Assembly: GCA_002269645.1 (NCBI GenBank) | Contig: NIVC01001089.1 | Coordinates: 372,001-436,000, forward strand | Direction: 5' to 3' | DNA from: Macrostomum lignano | Taxonomy: Eukaryota | DNA: 64,000 nucleotides | Shown: in pieces, positions 20,901-41,294 of the stretch | Layout: every line of letters starts with the position of its first letter | How positions within the stretch are numbered: position 1 is the stretch's first letter | Program-made: the position numbers and the translations under genes | Notes under the pieces: generated by a model | Seen by the model: the letters and a program-made list of their open reading frames with translations, nothing else | Told to the model about the DNA's origin: nothing | Database searches by the model: none

Positions 20901-23283
20901 CAGTTATAGGCTGTCGACATAGCCACCAAAGAGGTGATTTAAGGCCTTATACTATACTCGTACTTTCACAGTACAAGGATGTAGGTATCAATGCAATCAC
21001 CTGTGACTAGACCTGAGAAGTCCAAACTGATTGATTGGTAATGAGTACTGTTCATCGCACCAAGCCAAAAGTCAGTATTTCATAAACCCACATTAACTTT
21101 AGTTACCGTGGCTCAAGAGAGAAGAGAGAAGGGAGACGCAGGAGAGAAAAGAGCTGAGAAAAGACAAACTTCGAGCGGGTGGGATTGCTATTGTGAAGTT
21201 CCTCCCAACGGCCGGATAGAGAGGCTCCGCGGGCCGGAGAAAAAGACAAAGATCAATCAGAAGGGCTAGAGCATACGTATTTTTTACATTAATTTGTTGC
21301 TTAACTGTTGCTTAGTAAACTTTCCACGAATTATTTTTAGCGCCAGAAGACAAAGCCGCTGTTGATTTGTCAGCCAAGCAGCTCACCGATAAGCACGTCT
21401 CAGTGCACGCAATTTTGAGCAACAGAAACGACCGACTACCGATTGACAACCTGACGTGCGAGTTGTTGATTTTCACTAAGCTGAAATCTGCTCCGATGAG
21501 GGTAAGAAGTATTCTCTATAAGAAATTGTTGATCTAGAATGGAGAAAGCATTAAGTTTAACGGATTGTCCTAGAATTACCTAAAAGGTTTAGTAGGCAGT
21601 AGAAGATAGTAGGCATGTAGGGTTAGAGAGTTGCTTGTAACATTACAGTTGGTTTATTTTATAGTTCTGAATTTCACCTTTTCTGTGATCTGATCTGCGG
21701 CTCTCTGTATGCATTTAGAGACGTGATAAAGGTGACCAGGCGCATCACCTGACATTGCGTAATATAATTTTTCAGCAATATATTCCAATGCATCACGACG
21801 ACCAAAACATCTGGAGCTCAGTTGTTGCTGTGCCAATCATTTCTCAGGCAACCAGAATCGCAATTCACTGCTTGGCATTGCAAATTTACTTTGGCGAGAC
21901 AGTATTTCAGTCAGTGTCTCAGGCTGATGTGGCTTTATTGCAAACTAATATTCCAAAAACCGACGCAAATGTACTTCAAGCATTTGCTCAGACAGAAGTT
22001 CCGATACAGTCGAAGTGGAACCCAGATACTGACAAGTCAAACTCGATGCTGCTAATAGTGATCGCTGCGGCTGTTCAGTTGGTCATTCTGGTTTTTGTTG
22101 TCTTGGCAACATGGCGAATTGCGAAAGTAAGTTTAACAAAATTGTATTTTGAAAGATTTAGGCAGCATATGAATGAATGAATACAAATCTGTGTTTCAAA
22201 GCATGCACATTTTGATGGCCAATTGCCAGATCACATGCACAAAATGATTTGGGAAACTTTCGGCTTGACGAAATCGAAAGATGTTCAAAGTAACGAGTAT
22301 AATAATTGATACACCTGCCTTAATGGCAGATGTGCAACCGACAGCTCAGCCGCAGCTATTGCGCAGCGCATCTGAAGGCTGCGTACGGCTGTTCAGTCCA
22401 AGGACTGGGGGGTCGCCACACACAGCCTCAATTACCCCAGCTAATGCTGGCACCAATTTTACAGCTGGGTGAACTGAAGCAATGCAGAGATCGTTAAATG
22501 TCTTGCTCAAAGACACAAATTGTTTCAGTGGGATCAGGAATCGAACCCCCGACCCGCCAGTCGTGAGTCAGACGCTCTAACCACTAGGCTACGACCTAGT
22601 ATAGTGTAGCTACAAAGTATATCTAGATAAACAATATGGGACGGGTCTCCCACAGACAGATTTGAAGTCACTACCATAACTGCCGGTACGCAGTGGCCCT
22701 GACGTAGTTTGAAAATAACGATTCACACCAATGAGAGCCAATTCCTCCTAAAGTACAGAGTATTTAGGCCTGACGATTATAGAAAGTCAAAGGGCCGCTG
22801 TCGTGTTAAGCGTGTGTATGAGTAGTGCAGAAGTCTGCATCATCGCCTCAGTGCAGCTGGTTGTGAGACGATGCCACTGAAAGCGTTGTTGTTCTCCTCC
22901 AATTGTTATTGCGATTGGCCAATTAGCTAATAAAAACAAACTTGCAGATTCGAAATCGACGTCGAGCTGTCGCGGAAGACAAAATCAGCAGACGATCCAA
23001 CGGCGGCAGCGATGCAGTTGAGCTGACCGTCACCAACAGTGCAGAGTCTGGGGGTGCGACGGCAACAGCTGCGCCGTACGACTATCCCAGCAGCGATTGG
23101 AGCACCTTCGAGCAGCAGGATTCTGCAGGAACTGCGGGGCCAAACTATGAGCAAGTGTCTATAGACTCCGGTGCCAACAACAGACCGCCACGGCAGAATC
23201 TGCCGCTACCGCCGCCGCCGCCGCCTGAGCAGCAGCAGCAATCTGACGAGTCTCCCTACATAAACTGGCAAGGGAGAGGATAA
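17985..23283 (+). CDS. Receptor B: signal peptide, N-terminal beta domain (possibly discoidin-like), about four divergent Ig-like domains, TM helix and Tyr/Pro-motif tail
   Basis: 12 phase-consistent exons: 17985-18069 (MRSLVWHLILILLFGSRVSG), 18142-18330, 18551-18787, 18852-19072, 19156-19300 (KGDHGKLLQC, C2-set-like), 19372-19529, 20203-20374, 20452-20621, 20725-20875, 21341-21501, 21776-22126 (TM IVIAAAVQLVILVFVVLATW) and 22948-23283 (PYDYP...NYEQV...PLPPPPP...PYINWQGRG*). Confidence 0.82.
18385..18530. repeat. 39-bp tandem repeat, about 3.5 copies, in intron 2 of receptor B
   Basis: CTCTGAGACAGTGTGAGACCAGCTAGCATCTAATTAGCA repeated. Confidence 0.9.
19570..20072. repeat. 45-bp minisatellite, about 11 copies, in an intron of receptor B
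   Basis: Unit GGTATCATCTCCTGCGGTAGGGGTAGTCCCACCTGGTTGGACACA, contiguous with no spacers. Confidence 0.96.
22323..22596 (-). mobile_element. tRNA-derived SINE (CORE-like), full length
   Basis: Reverse strand has A box TAGCCTAGTGGTTAG, B box GGTTCGATTCC and body TGTCTTTGAGCAAGACATTTAAC...CCCAGCTGTAAAAT; near-identical copies at 29992 and 34941. Confidence 0.88.
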
Positions 23284-23454
23284 TGATGGATATACTTAGT
23301 CGCACTACACAGAGTGCTCAATTGGCATGCTGTTTATATTTAAAATCAACTTGAGTTGGTTCGAATTCCTCATTTGCAGGGGACCCCCAAGGTCAGAACT
23401 AGGCAAAATTCTATCTACTAACGAACCAATGTGAGAAATCGGCTCATTTCATGT

Positions 23455-24040
23455 TTTACATGACGCTTATTTTATGTTTGACTTGACGCTTCTTTTATGA
23501 TTTGACATGACGCTTCTTTTATGGTTTGACTTGACGCTTCTTTTATGGTTTGACATGACGCTTCTTTTATGGTTTGACTTGACGCTTCTTTTATGGTTTG
23601 ACATGACGCTTCTTTTATGGTTTGACATGACGCTTCTTTTATGGTTTGACTTGACGCTTCTTTTATGGTTTGAAAGGACGCTTCTTTTATGGTTTGACAT
23701 GACGCTTCTTTTATGGTTTGACATGACGCTTCTTTTATGGTTTGACATGACGCTTCTTTTATGGTTTGACTTGACGCTTCTTTTATGGTTTGACATGACG
23801 CTTCTTTTATGGTTTGACTTGACGCTTCTTTTATGGTTTGACTTGACGCTTCTTTTATGGTTTGATATGACGCAATTCTTTTATGGTTTGACTTGACGCT
23901 TCTTTTATGGTTTGACCATAAAAGACTGGACATGACGCTTCTTTCAAATTTGACATGACGCTTTTTTGTTTGACATGACGCCTTTTTATGGTTTGAAATG
24001 ACGCTTTTATCACGTTTGACATGACGCTTCTTTTATTTAG
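23455..24040. repeat. 24-bp minisatellite TTTGAC(A/T)TGACGCTTCTTTTATGG
   Basis: About 23 tandem copies, degenerating to the right. Confidence 0.95.
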
Positions 24041-26369
24041 AAAGGATTAATTTGCAAACCAGACATGACATCATGTAAAACATAAGGCAAGCGTCACGTC
24101 AAACCTAAAAGAAAGGTCATGTTCAGCTTGAAAATTAATCCTTTTTATAGTAAATCTTTATTTTACTTGCTGGCAGGTCTGTAAACAGATGCCAAAAACC
24201 AATTGGCATAAATGACACCGATTTCAGTGAAACCAATCAAAATAAAGGCATTGTCAATGCCATGGACAACGTACAGTATAGTTCGAGAACAATCCTGTGT
24301 CTGTTAAAGCAGTGCAGTACAGATTGAAATCGAACCGTCTTCGTCTGGCCATGTCTGATGAACTCTGTTATTGTCCATGGTCCAGAGATTTGCACCACTG
24401 TCGAAAGGATTGATTGTGCACCAAGGACTTGATTATTAAGTTATTAAGTTGTCCTTGTGCACCCAACTTATAGCTCCGCAGACCCCCTTTTAGGCCATAG
24501 ACTATAAACCATTGGCTAGTCTTCAATAGCTGACTCTTTCAGCTGATGTACGGAACTGCAATTGCTCCTAAGCTCAGTTGGCTTGGACTATATATATATA
24601 TATATATATTATTATAATATATAATATATATATATAATATATATACTATGCACTGGACAACATTGAGAACGCAACACTCTAACTAGCTCGTACTAACTAC
24701 AGTCTAACCTCTAGACTAGTCTATGGTTCAAATCGAGCTCAGAAACACTTGTAGCCACCCTCGAAAGTAAGTGGTTGTTGACTCGACGTGGCATTCGGCC
24801 AGAACAAGGCATCGAAAAAGGGCCCCTGTTGCAACGTTTTTACCATAGACAACTAAGGAATCTTCAGTGGCCAATCGATACAAACGGGGGCTTCACGGAG
24901 CAAAATCGTACCCCCCCTAATTTATGGCAGACGAGCAATCCCCGGTTTTATTTATCCATGGGCTACACGAGCTTCTTTTCGCCCGATTTGAACCATGGAC
25001 TAGAAATGCATTTCTAGTCTTCTGGGCGAGTAGGTTGTTTCTTCTAGTTAGATTGTTACATTTTTTATGTTGCTAAGTGTAATAAATCATTTAATCATAA
25101 TTTTTTCCACCTATATGGCAGAGAAATCCCGTGAATATTGGCCAATTTGGCCATTTGACTATTATTTACTGCTACAAATATCTAAAAAACATTAATTAAC
25201 ATTGACTTATGATACTTGTAAATAGGTGCAAAAATCATTTCAGAAATAAGATTACTGCACACGCGATTTGAATGTAAATATAGTTTTCAATCTTGAAATA
25301 ATATTGATAATTTTTTCGAGTAAATAAACCAAAAAATTATCAAAAAATTACAAATAAATGCGATTATTCTACTCATAGTAGAGTAGCATGATGAATTTTT
25401 TTTAACTTTATTATTATTCAGTATAAATAAATAAGTAATCTGCTTGTATTTTTAAGATCCAGCAAAAGCACAAGCACACAAATAAAGATGAATTTATACA
25501 CAGAAAAAATCAAAGTAAAAACTGGTGCACGTTAACAATATTATAACTATGCATATCGATAAAGTATTATCGTATAACACAATAAAATATTAATAATACA
25601 TATAGAAAACAAAACAGGCAGCTTAAAAATGACATATTGCAACTCTTATAGACTACTAACAATAGTAGTAGTAATATAAGTACGGTATGCTGCACTGCAC
25701 AAAGAGAATCAAGAAGAGAGAGAAAACTGATATTATAGTGCAGGGTGTACTTTCAGATTTAGGAAACTTCAACTCCGATGTACCTTAGACAGAGGTATGC
25801 CAAAAAATAAAAACTGAATTCAGACATCAATAGCACATTTATACATCTAGCCATATATTTATTCATAATACAAAATTTTTCGATGCCTAATACTAACAGT
25901 AGTATGAATAGTAACTTACGATACGATCATAATTTTTTATCAGTCAATCCGATATGAAGAAAGAATTCGTTAACTACACTTTAGTGATAAAATTAAGCAT
26001 TATAATACACGAGATAACAGAATGTTTACAGTGCAAAATGTGCTGCTAGTATAGATAACTGAAATTGTTGCCAAATAAGCTGAATAGACTGAGCATAAAG
26101 GCACTTCATTTTTTGAGCGTTTTAATAACTAATAAATAAGCTTTTCTGCGGAACAGAACATTTCCTAATTCCCGGTGGATAGAAACGGGCGTGACTGTCC
26201 TTAGCCAATAGAAATTTGAAGGCCGATATGTACTTATCCTCGTAATATCAAGTGTTTCAATTACAGGCTACACAAGAGCGCACTGGCCTTTTCTCATTTC
26301 TCACTCCTATCACTGTGGCCTCTGATCTCATGCCCTCTCTTTCCTCATATCACTAACCCTCATACCCTT

Positions 26370-26840
26370 TTCACTTCATGCCTTTTCTGCACCTCATGCC
26401 CTCTCTCCCTTCATGCCCTCTCTCCCCTCATGCCCTCTCTCCCTTCATGCCCTCTCTCCCCTCATGCCCACTCTCCCCTCATGCCCTCTCTCTCCCTTCA
26501 TGTCCTCTCTCCCCTCATGCCCTCTCTCCCCTCATGCCCTCTCTCTCCCTTCATGTCCTCTCTCCCCTCATGCCCTCTCTCCCCTCATGCCCTCTCTCCC
26601 CTCATGCCCTCTCTCCCCTCATGCCCTCTCTCCCTTCATGCCCTCTCTCACTTCATACCCTCTCTCCCCTCATGCCCTCTCTCCCTTCATGCCCTCTCTC
26701 CCTTCATGTCCTCTCTCCCCTCATGCCCTCTCTCCCTTCATGCCCTCTCTCACTTCATTCCCTCTCTCCCTTCATGCCCTCTCTCCCTTCATGCCCTCTC
26801 TCCCTTCATGCCCACTCTCACTTCATACCCTCTTCCCCTC
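26370..26840. repeat. Pyrimidine-rich variable minisatellite (CCCTCATGCCCTCTCTC, about 15-19 bp)
   Basis: Direct reading. Confidence 0.9.
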
Positions 26841-27034
26841 TTCACCTCAACACCAACCCTCATACTCTCCCTACCATCATATCCTCACACACCATTCTTC
26901 TCACTCTTTATTCCAATCGTACAAAGACAGTTATATAATTAACTAAGAACGTCACAACAAGCCGGGAGAAAAGTACAAAGCAAACAATGCATTTACAGAC
27001 AGTTACATAATGAGCAAAGGCACACCTCAGACGC

Positions 27035-28442
27035 TCACAGGAACTGGCCGCCAGCGCCATTAGCAGCGGCAGCTGTAGACCTCACCTGTAAACTGTGAGC
27101 ACTGGCCCGAAGCTCGGCTAGCCGCAGGTTCACGTCAGTCAGCCGTTTATCCCAGACGCGTCGTTCAGCTTGCAGCCGGTCGTGCAGCTGGCGCTCCTGT
27201 GCCAGGCAGTCGGCCAGATTGGCCTGGCTCAGCTGCTGCAGCTCGGCCTCCTGCTGGTGCAGACGCTGCTCCAGGCTGCCGGCGCTCTGGCAGGACAGCT
27301 GCAACAGGCGCAGCTCTGCGGGGCCGGTGGGGGTGCGGTGATCTCTCAGGTCTATCTCTTCTGTTTATCTCTCTTGTCTATCTCTCAGGTCTATCTCTTC
27401 TGTCTATCTCTCTTGTCTATCTCTTGTCTATCTCTCTTGTCTATCTCTTCTGTCTATCTCTCTTGTCTATCTCTTCTGTCTATCTCTCAGGTCTATCTCT
27501 TCTGTCTATCTCTCTTGTCTATCTCTTCTGTCTATATCTTCTGTCTATCTCTCAGGTCTATCTCTTCTGTCTATATCTTCTGTCTATCTCTTCTGTCTAT
27601 CTCTCTTGTCTATCTCTCTTGTCTATCTCTCTTGTCTATTTTTCTGTCTATCTCTCTTGTCTATCTCTCCTGTCTATCTCTTCTGTCTATCTCTTCTGTC
27701 TATCTCTTCTGTCTATCTCTCTTGTCTATCTCTTCTGTCTATCTCTCAGGTCTATCTCTTGTCTATCTCTTTTGTCTATCTCTTTTGTCTATCTCTCTTG
27801 TCTAACTCTTCTGTCTATCTCTTCTGTCTATTTCTCATGTTAATCTCTCAGGCCTATCTTAACTTTTATTATTGCTTTATTTTCCTTGCACACTCGATAC
27901 CGTTAATCCCTCACCCTCCCCTATCCCCGGCCACTCCTCCTCCCAAACCAACTGCACACCAAAGAATTGTAGTCCTCACCCTTATCCAGCTCCTCAATTC
28001 GCTGCCTGTTCATCTCAATCTCGTGCTCCTGCATCAGCAGCCGCTGCTTCAACTGTCGCCTGACATTCTCCGACGCGGCGGCGTCCAACTGTTCGGCGCT
28101 TGACGTTGAACAGTTGCTGCTGCCGCTGCCGTTGGTGTGCAAAGATGCCGGTCTCAGCTGATTGTTCTGACGCTGCGGCGGCTGCGGCTGCTGTCCAGCC
28201 GCCGTCAGTTCCGTTCGCTGTAAAATCAACTCGGCGTGTTGCGGCGCTCGGCTTAGCGACGCCGCCATTGGTTCGTTTGGCGCCATTGCGCGTTCGCCAT
28301 TTGGCCAGCGCAGTACCAGGGTGTAGCGGCCGGGCAGACCTGCTGTCCGGGCCACGGCCATGATTACATCGTGACAGCTGGTGTCCCTGGTCACATTGCA
28401 CACAGTTCTAGGCTGGCCTTCGAACCAGATATTGAGTTCCAT
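27035..28442 (-). CDS. RASSF8: N-terminal RASSF family protein (RASSF7/8-like): RA domain plus coiled coil
   Basis: MELNIWFEGQPRTVCNVTRDTSCHDVIMAVARTAGLPGRYTL matches the N-RASSF RA-domain pattern (MELKVWVDG..R.VCGVT..TTC.EV..ALA...G..GRY.L). Exons 28442-27980 and 27315-27035; a further donor at 27086 is possible. Confidence 0.85.
27342..27850. repeat. CTCTT(C)TGTCTAT-type variable microsatellite filling the RASSF8-like intron
   Basis: Direct reading. Confidence 0.92.
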
Positions 28443-28579
28443 GTATAACTGGTGTGGCTGGCTTTAATACCGGATTTACAGATGGGTGAGCATGGCCTGC
28501 ATAAATTTTTACATTCCCAAAGTTTTAATAAGTACCGGTGCTTCTTGCTTCAGACATGGTCACTCGCTCAATTAGTCTG

Positions 28580-29420
28580 TTACTCTTCAGCAGTCACTGT
28601 GACATCGGAGAGGTGCAATGGCAGGTCACTCTACTACAGTCACTCTGACATCGGTGAGGTGCAATGGCAGGTCACTCTACTACAGTCACTGTGACATCGG
28701 AGAGGTGCAATGGCAGGTCACTCTACTACAGTCACTCTGACATCGGAGAGGTGCAATGGCAGGTCACTCTACTACAGTCACTCTGACATCGGAGAGGTGC
28801 AATGGCAGGTCACTCTACTACAGTCACTCTGATATCGGAGAGGTGCAATGGCAGGTCACTCTACTGCAGTCACTCTGACATCGGAGAGCTGCAATGGCAG
28901 GTCACTCTACTACAGTCACTGTGACATCGGAGAGGTGCAATGGCAGCAGGTCACTCTACTACAGTCACTCTGACATCGGAGAGGTGCAATGGCAAGTCAC
29001 TCTACTACAGTCACTCTGACATCGGAGAGGTTCAAAGGCAGGTCACTCTACTACAGTCACTGTGACATCGGAGAGGTGCAATGGCAGGTCACTCTACTAC
29101 AGTCACTCTGACATCGGAGAGGTGCAATGGCAGCAGGTCGCTCTACTACAGTCACTCTGACATCGGAGAGGTGCAATGGCAGGTCACTCTACTACAGTCA
29201 CTGTGACATCGGAGAGCTGCAATGGCAGGTCACTCTACTACAGTCACTGTGACATCGGAGAGCTGCAATGGCAGGTCACTCTACTACAGTCACTCTGACA
29301 TCGGAGAGCTGCAATGGCAGGTCACTCTACTACAGTCACTCTGACATCGGAGAGCTGCAATGGCAGGTCACTCTACTACAGTCACTGTGACATCGGAGAG
29401 GTGCAATGGTAGCAGGGTCA
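28580..29420. repeat. 46-bp minisatellite, about 18 copies, immediately upstream of the RASSF8-like gene
   Basis: Unit CAGTCACTCTGACATCGGAGAGGTGCAATGGCAGGTCACTCTACTA. Confidence 0.96.
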
Positions 29421-29991
29421 CTCTAAGGTTCACAAAAACCAATGAACCAACTCCCCTATACCTAAGAAGCCTATCCAACAATGTATTAAATGAAATTATA
29501 AATCAAAATTTATAACGCGATACGCAATTACCAGAGTAAAGAAGAGTAAATTTTAGCTGGAACGTGTATTGGTTAAACTAAGAGATGTGAAGAACATACT
29601 GGATCAGCCACAACAGACAGAAATGAAGCTATTAATTAAACTCTTGCAGTACAGTTATTAGGAAGAAACAGTAGTGAAGAACCGTCCAGGCCGGAGACAC
29701 CCACAAAAAAAGAAAATAAAAGTTTGACAGAAAATGAAAAACTGAAAAAATTCTTCCATTGAATCACAAAATTTTTAACTAGTCGAACAATGAATAAAAT
29801 TTAACAGAGAAAATTTTCATGATAAAAATGGAAATCAAACTATATTTGTACAATGGATTATAATGATCAAATAAATATAGTTAAGCAGGTTAAACCACGC
29901 AAAATGTACAATTATCTGGGCAAGTGATAAATATCCAAATATATAGAAATGATTGCATATTAGATATGGTATAGGAGCGTTACAATACCAG

Positions 29992-30268
29992 GGGGTTTTA
30001 GCCTAGTGGTTAGAGCGTCGGATTCACGACTGAAAGGTCGGGAGTTCGGTTCTCAACCCACTCGTAAAAATGTGTCTGTCCTTGAGCAAGACACTTAACT
30101 CTCTGCATTGCTTCAGTTCACCCAGCTGTAAAATGGGTGCCAGCATTAGCTGGGGTAATTGAGGCTGTGTGTGGCGACCCCCCAGTCCTTGGACTGAACA
30201 GCCGTACGCAGCCTTCAGATGCGCCGCGCAATAGCTGCGGCTGATCTGTCGGTTGCACATCTGGCCAT
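29992..30268 (+). mobile_element. tRNA-derived SINE (CORE-like), full length
   Basis: TAGCCTAGTGGTTAG (A box), GAGTTCGGTTCTC (B-box-like), TGTCCTTGAGCAAGACACTTAAC...CTGTAAAATGGG; reverse complement of the 22323 and 34941 copies. Confidence 0.9.
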
Positions 30269-30739
30269 ATAATATATTATTTCTAAAGGCGTTTACACAT
30301 CCCGGCTTACAGCTGCATCAATGCACTGCAATAAATATTGATGAATATTGATGATGGGACAGAGTCTCATGCATTTAGCCAATCAAGAAAATGAAGAAGA
30401 AAGACATTTACTTACTTGTATTAGTAGTCTGTTTGCATTATTTAAACAGCAAGTGCTGAATAATAACTGACTGTACACACGATACTACTAGCACTAATAA
30501 GTAGACAAAAAAAGCAGCAAGCTCGAAGCAAAACTGCTACAAGCAGATGATCACCAAAGCCAAAAAAGATTTGATTCTATAGAGAAAAAGTACAAATTAA
30601 ATATCGAACAAATTTTTGAACTCTCAATAAATAAATCTTGCTTCATCTGCTTAAAAACTTTATTTAGTTTTATGGAATAATGACAGCTCATTCTGGTCAT
30701 TTTATGATCAAAAGAAGTTGACCATAAAAGATCATAGAG

Positions 30740-31490
30740 TTAATAATGACTGGTAATACAAGTACAGGTCATAGACAATATTGAGTTAGTAATGACTGGT
30801 CATACGGCTCATAGACAATCTTGAGTTAGTAATGACTGGTCATACAGGTCATAGACATAGACAATCTTGAGTTAGCAATGACTGGTCATACAAGTCATAG
30901 ACAATATTGAGTTAGTAATGACTGGTCATACAGGTCATAGACAATCTTGAGTTAGTAATGACTGGTCATACAAGTCATATACAATCTTGAGTTAGTAATG
31001 ACTGGTCATACAGGTCATAGACAATCTTGAGTTAGTAATGACTGGTCATACAAGTCATAGACAATCTTGAGTTAGTAATGACTGGTCATACAGGTCATAG
31101 ACAATCTTGAGTTAGTAATGACTGGTCATACAAGTCATAGACAATCTTAAGTTAGTAATGACTGGTCATATAGGTCATAGACAATCTTAAGTTAGTAATG
31201 ACTGGTCATACAAGTCATGGACAATCTTGAGTTAGTAATGACTGGTCATACAAGTCATAGACAATCTTAAGTTAGTAATGACTGGTCATATAGGTCATAT
31301 ACAATCTTAAGTTAGTAATGACTGGTCATACAAGTCATATACAATCTTAAGTTAGTAATGACTGGTCATACAAGTCATAGACAATCTTGAGTTAGTAATG
31401 ACTGGTCATACAAGTCATAGACAATCTTGAGTTAGTAATGACTGGTCATACAGAGCAGACAATCTTGAGTTAGTACTTGTCATACTGGTC
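30740..31490. repeat. 40-bp minisatellite, about 18 copies, downstream of the TEX2 stop codon
   Basis: Unit GACAATCTTGAGTTAGTAATGACTGGTCATACAAGTCATA. Confidence 0.96.
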
Positions 31491-31624
31491 ATAAAAAATA
31501 TAGTTTACAATTATAAACAATATTCTAGCCAAAACTTAGAGAAACTCTCGACACAGTATTATAAGATACACACCGGTGCACAAATTAATTGAATCAGATG
31601 AAAAGAAGCAACTCGGCTATCCTG

Positions 31625-38749
<7,125 letters not shown>

Positions 38750-39539
38750 TTCCGACTAGGCCTATACAAAAATATCCTTACTTAGCTATTTACGCTACTA
38801 ACAGTAGAGTAGAATAGAAAGCGCGTCTTGCGTCTGCCGGGAAAAATTACGACAAAAAACCAATAAATTACAATTCCGGCGGCATGAATTGAAACGTTTG
38901 ATCAAGTAGATAGAATTGCCGCCAGATACAAAACACTTAAGGTTGCTAAAAAAATTAAATCAATACGTAAGCAAATACTGAAACTTCGATATAAGCGAGT
39001 ACTACTACGGAAGGCCGCTTTCCAATCCAGATCTCTAGACCTAAAAATCCATGGGTCTTAGTTGTTATACTACTAACTAAGGCACTTTCCAATCCAGATA
39101 CTAATCCCTGGTGCAACGCAACGCCTTTGGCGACATCATTCCACAGCACCAGCACATGCAAGCGCGCCAATACTCCATGGACCGTAGTTTCATCTATTCC
39201 TATAGAATAATTCGTTGATCAAGAAGTCAAAACACAGTGTCTGATGGCAATAAAAGTGCATAAATCGTTTATTGATCATTTTTAAGTCTAATAAATAAAC
39301 ATGGATAACCCATATTTCTGATTTAACTATTACTATGACGATGCCTCGTAACCATAGAAACCGAGGCTCTCACCTGTTCTCACAAGGAAAGTTTGTTAAT
39401 TTATGATACACATTAGAATTCTAGTTGCTTTGAGTATATACCAACTACAACTAAAAGAAAAACTCGTGGCTATCATTAATCCATCATGTATTAACGAAGG
39501 CTATTAGTCTCTCTATGCTCATTCTGATGCAGTTCAATT

Positions 39540-39809
39540 TTAAGGCTCCTTGCCGTCGAAAAACTTCCCCAGAAAATCTGTCGGCTTGGGCGTAACAGTC
39601 TGTTTGAAGTAGTCCATCACGTGAGTCTTCTGCTTCCACATGTGAGCGGTTTCCACTAGTTCCATCTGGCCCTGCAGTTGCGGAAATTGATTGACAGATG
39701 GCTGGTTAGGCTACAGGAAAAAGACGGCCAAATACAGCAATGCTGTGCAGACGGATTGACAGAAAACTGACAGACAGACAGACAGACAGACAGACTAAGA
39801 CAAACACTA

Positions 39810-39852
<43 letters not shown>

Positions 39853-39861
39853 TAGATAGAC

Positions 39862-39916
<55 letters not shown>

Positions 39917-39947
39917 TAGACAGACAGACAGACTAAGACAAACACTA

Positions 39948-40026
<79 letters not shown>

Positions 40027-40047
40027 TAGATAGACAGACAGACAGAC

Positions 40048-40100
<53 letters not shown>

Positions 40101-40120
40101 CCAAGACAGATGACACTAAA

Positions 40121-40175
<55 letters not shown>

Positions 40176-40199
40176 CCAAGACAGATGACACTAAAACAT

Positions 40200-40266
<67 letters not shown>

Positions 40267-40286
40267 CCAAGACAGATGACACTAAA

Positions 40287-40325
<39 letters not shown>

Positions 40326-40347
40326 CCAAGACAGATGACACTAAAAC

Positions 40348-40400
<53 letters not shown>

Positions 40401-40422
40401 CCAAGACAGATGACACTAAAAC

Positions 40423-40479
<57 letters not shown>

Positions 40480-40499
40480 CCAAGACAGATGACACTAAA

Positions 40500-40554
<55 letters not shown>

Positions 40555-40576
40555 CCAAGACAGATGACACTAAAAC

Positions 40577-40649
<73 letters not shown>

Positions 40650-40669
40650 CCAAGACAGATGACACTAAA

Positions 40670-40700
<31 letters not shown>

Positions 40701-40722
40701 CCAAGACAGATGACACTAAAAC

Positions 40723-40783
<61 letters not shown>

Positions 40784-40805
40784 CCAAGACAGATGACACT
40801 AAAAC

Positions 40806-40862
<57 letters not shown>

Positions 40863-40884
40863 CCAAGACAGATGACACTAAAAC

Positions 40885-40929
<45 letters not shown>

Positions 40930-40949
40930 CCAAGACAGATGACACTAAA

Positions 40950-40980
<31 letters not shown>

Positions 40981-41294
40981 CCAAGACAGACACCAAGACA
41001 GATGACACTAAAACAGATAGACAGACAGACAGATAAGCTCACCTTAGCAACCAGCAGATCAATAACTCGGATATCGTTGACCTGGCGATACTTCTCGAAG
41101 TTCTCCCGCAGCTTCCTCCTGCACATTGGCAATGTCAATGGCACATCGTACTCCCTGATGATGTAGGGCAGCTGGCGGAACCAGGCTCTGTAGAGGTTCA
41201 ACACTCGACGACGGGCGTCCTCACTGGTAGCTGAGAACACCGGCTTTGCCTCCTTGACAGCCTGCCGGATGAGGGTGCCGCCTGCGCTAGACAT
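39540..41294 (-). CDS. NDUFA6: NADH dehydrogenase (ubiquinone) 1 alpha subcomplex subunit 6 (LYR family)
   Basis: Exon 1 41294-41043 (...[17 protein letters not shown]...LVAK|gtgagc) and exon 2 39671-39540 ([23 protein letters not shown]...[15 protein letters not shown]). Confidence 0.95.
39770..41035. repeat. Composite GACA/GATA satellite with a periodic CACCAAGACAGATGACACTAAAA motif, filling the NDUFA6 intron
   Basis: Direct reading. Confidence 0.95.

Noticed and set aside
23130-23160. NYEQV as an ITIM
   Set aside because: The -2 residue is Pro, not I/V/L/S, and the paralogue has VYERA
29992-30070. tRNA gene (also at 22520-22596 and 35130-35205)
   Set aside because: A/B boxes are present but run straight into a shared SINE body, with no proper acceptor stem
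19570-31490. 45-, 24-, 46- and 40-bp arrays as CRISPR arrays
   Set aside because: Units are contiguous without unique spacers, there are no cas genes, and the context is eukaryotic
38955-39170. 71-aa minus-strand ORF between NDUFA6 and TEX2
   Set aside because: No ATG start, no recognisable motif and no convincing splice context
40095-41025. Constant motif plus variable spacer as a CRISPR array
   Set aside because: The spacers are only GACA runs
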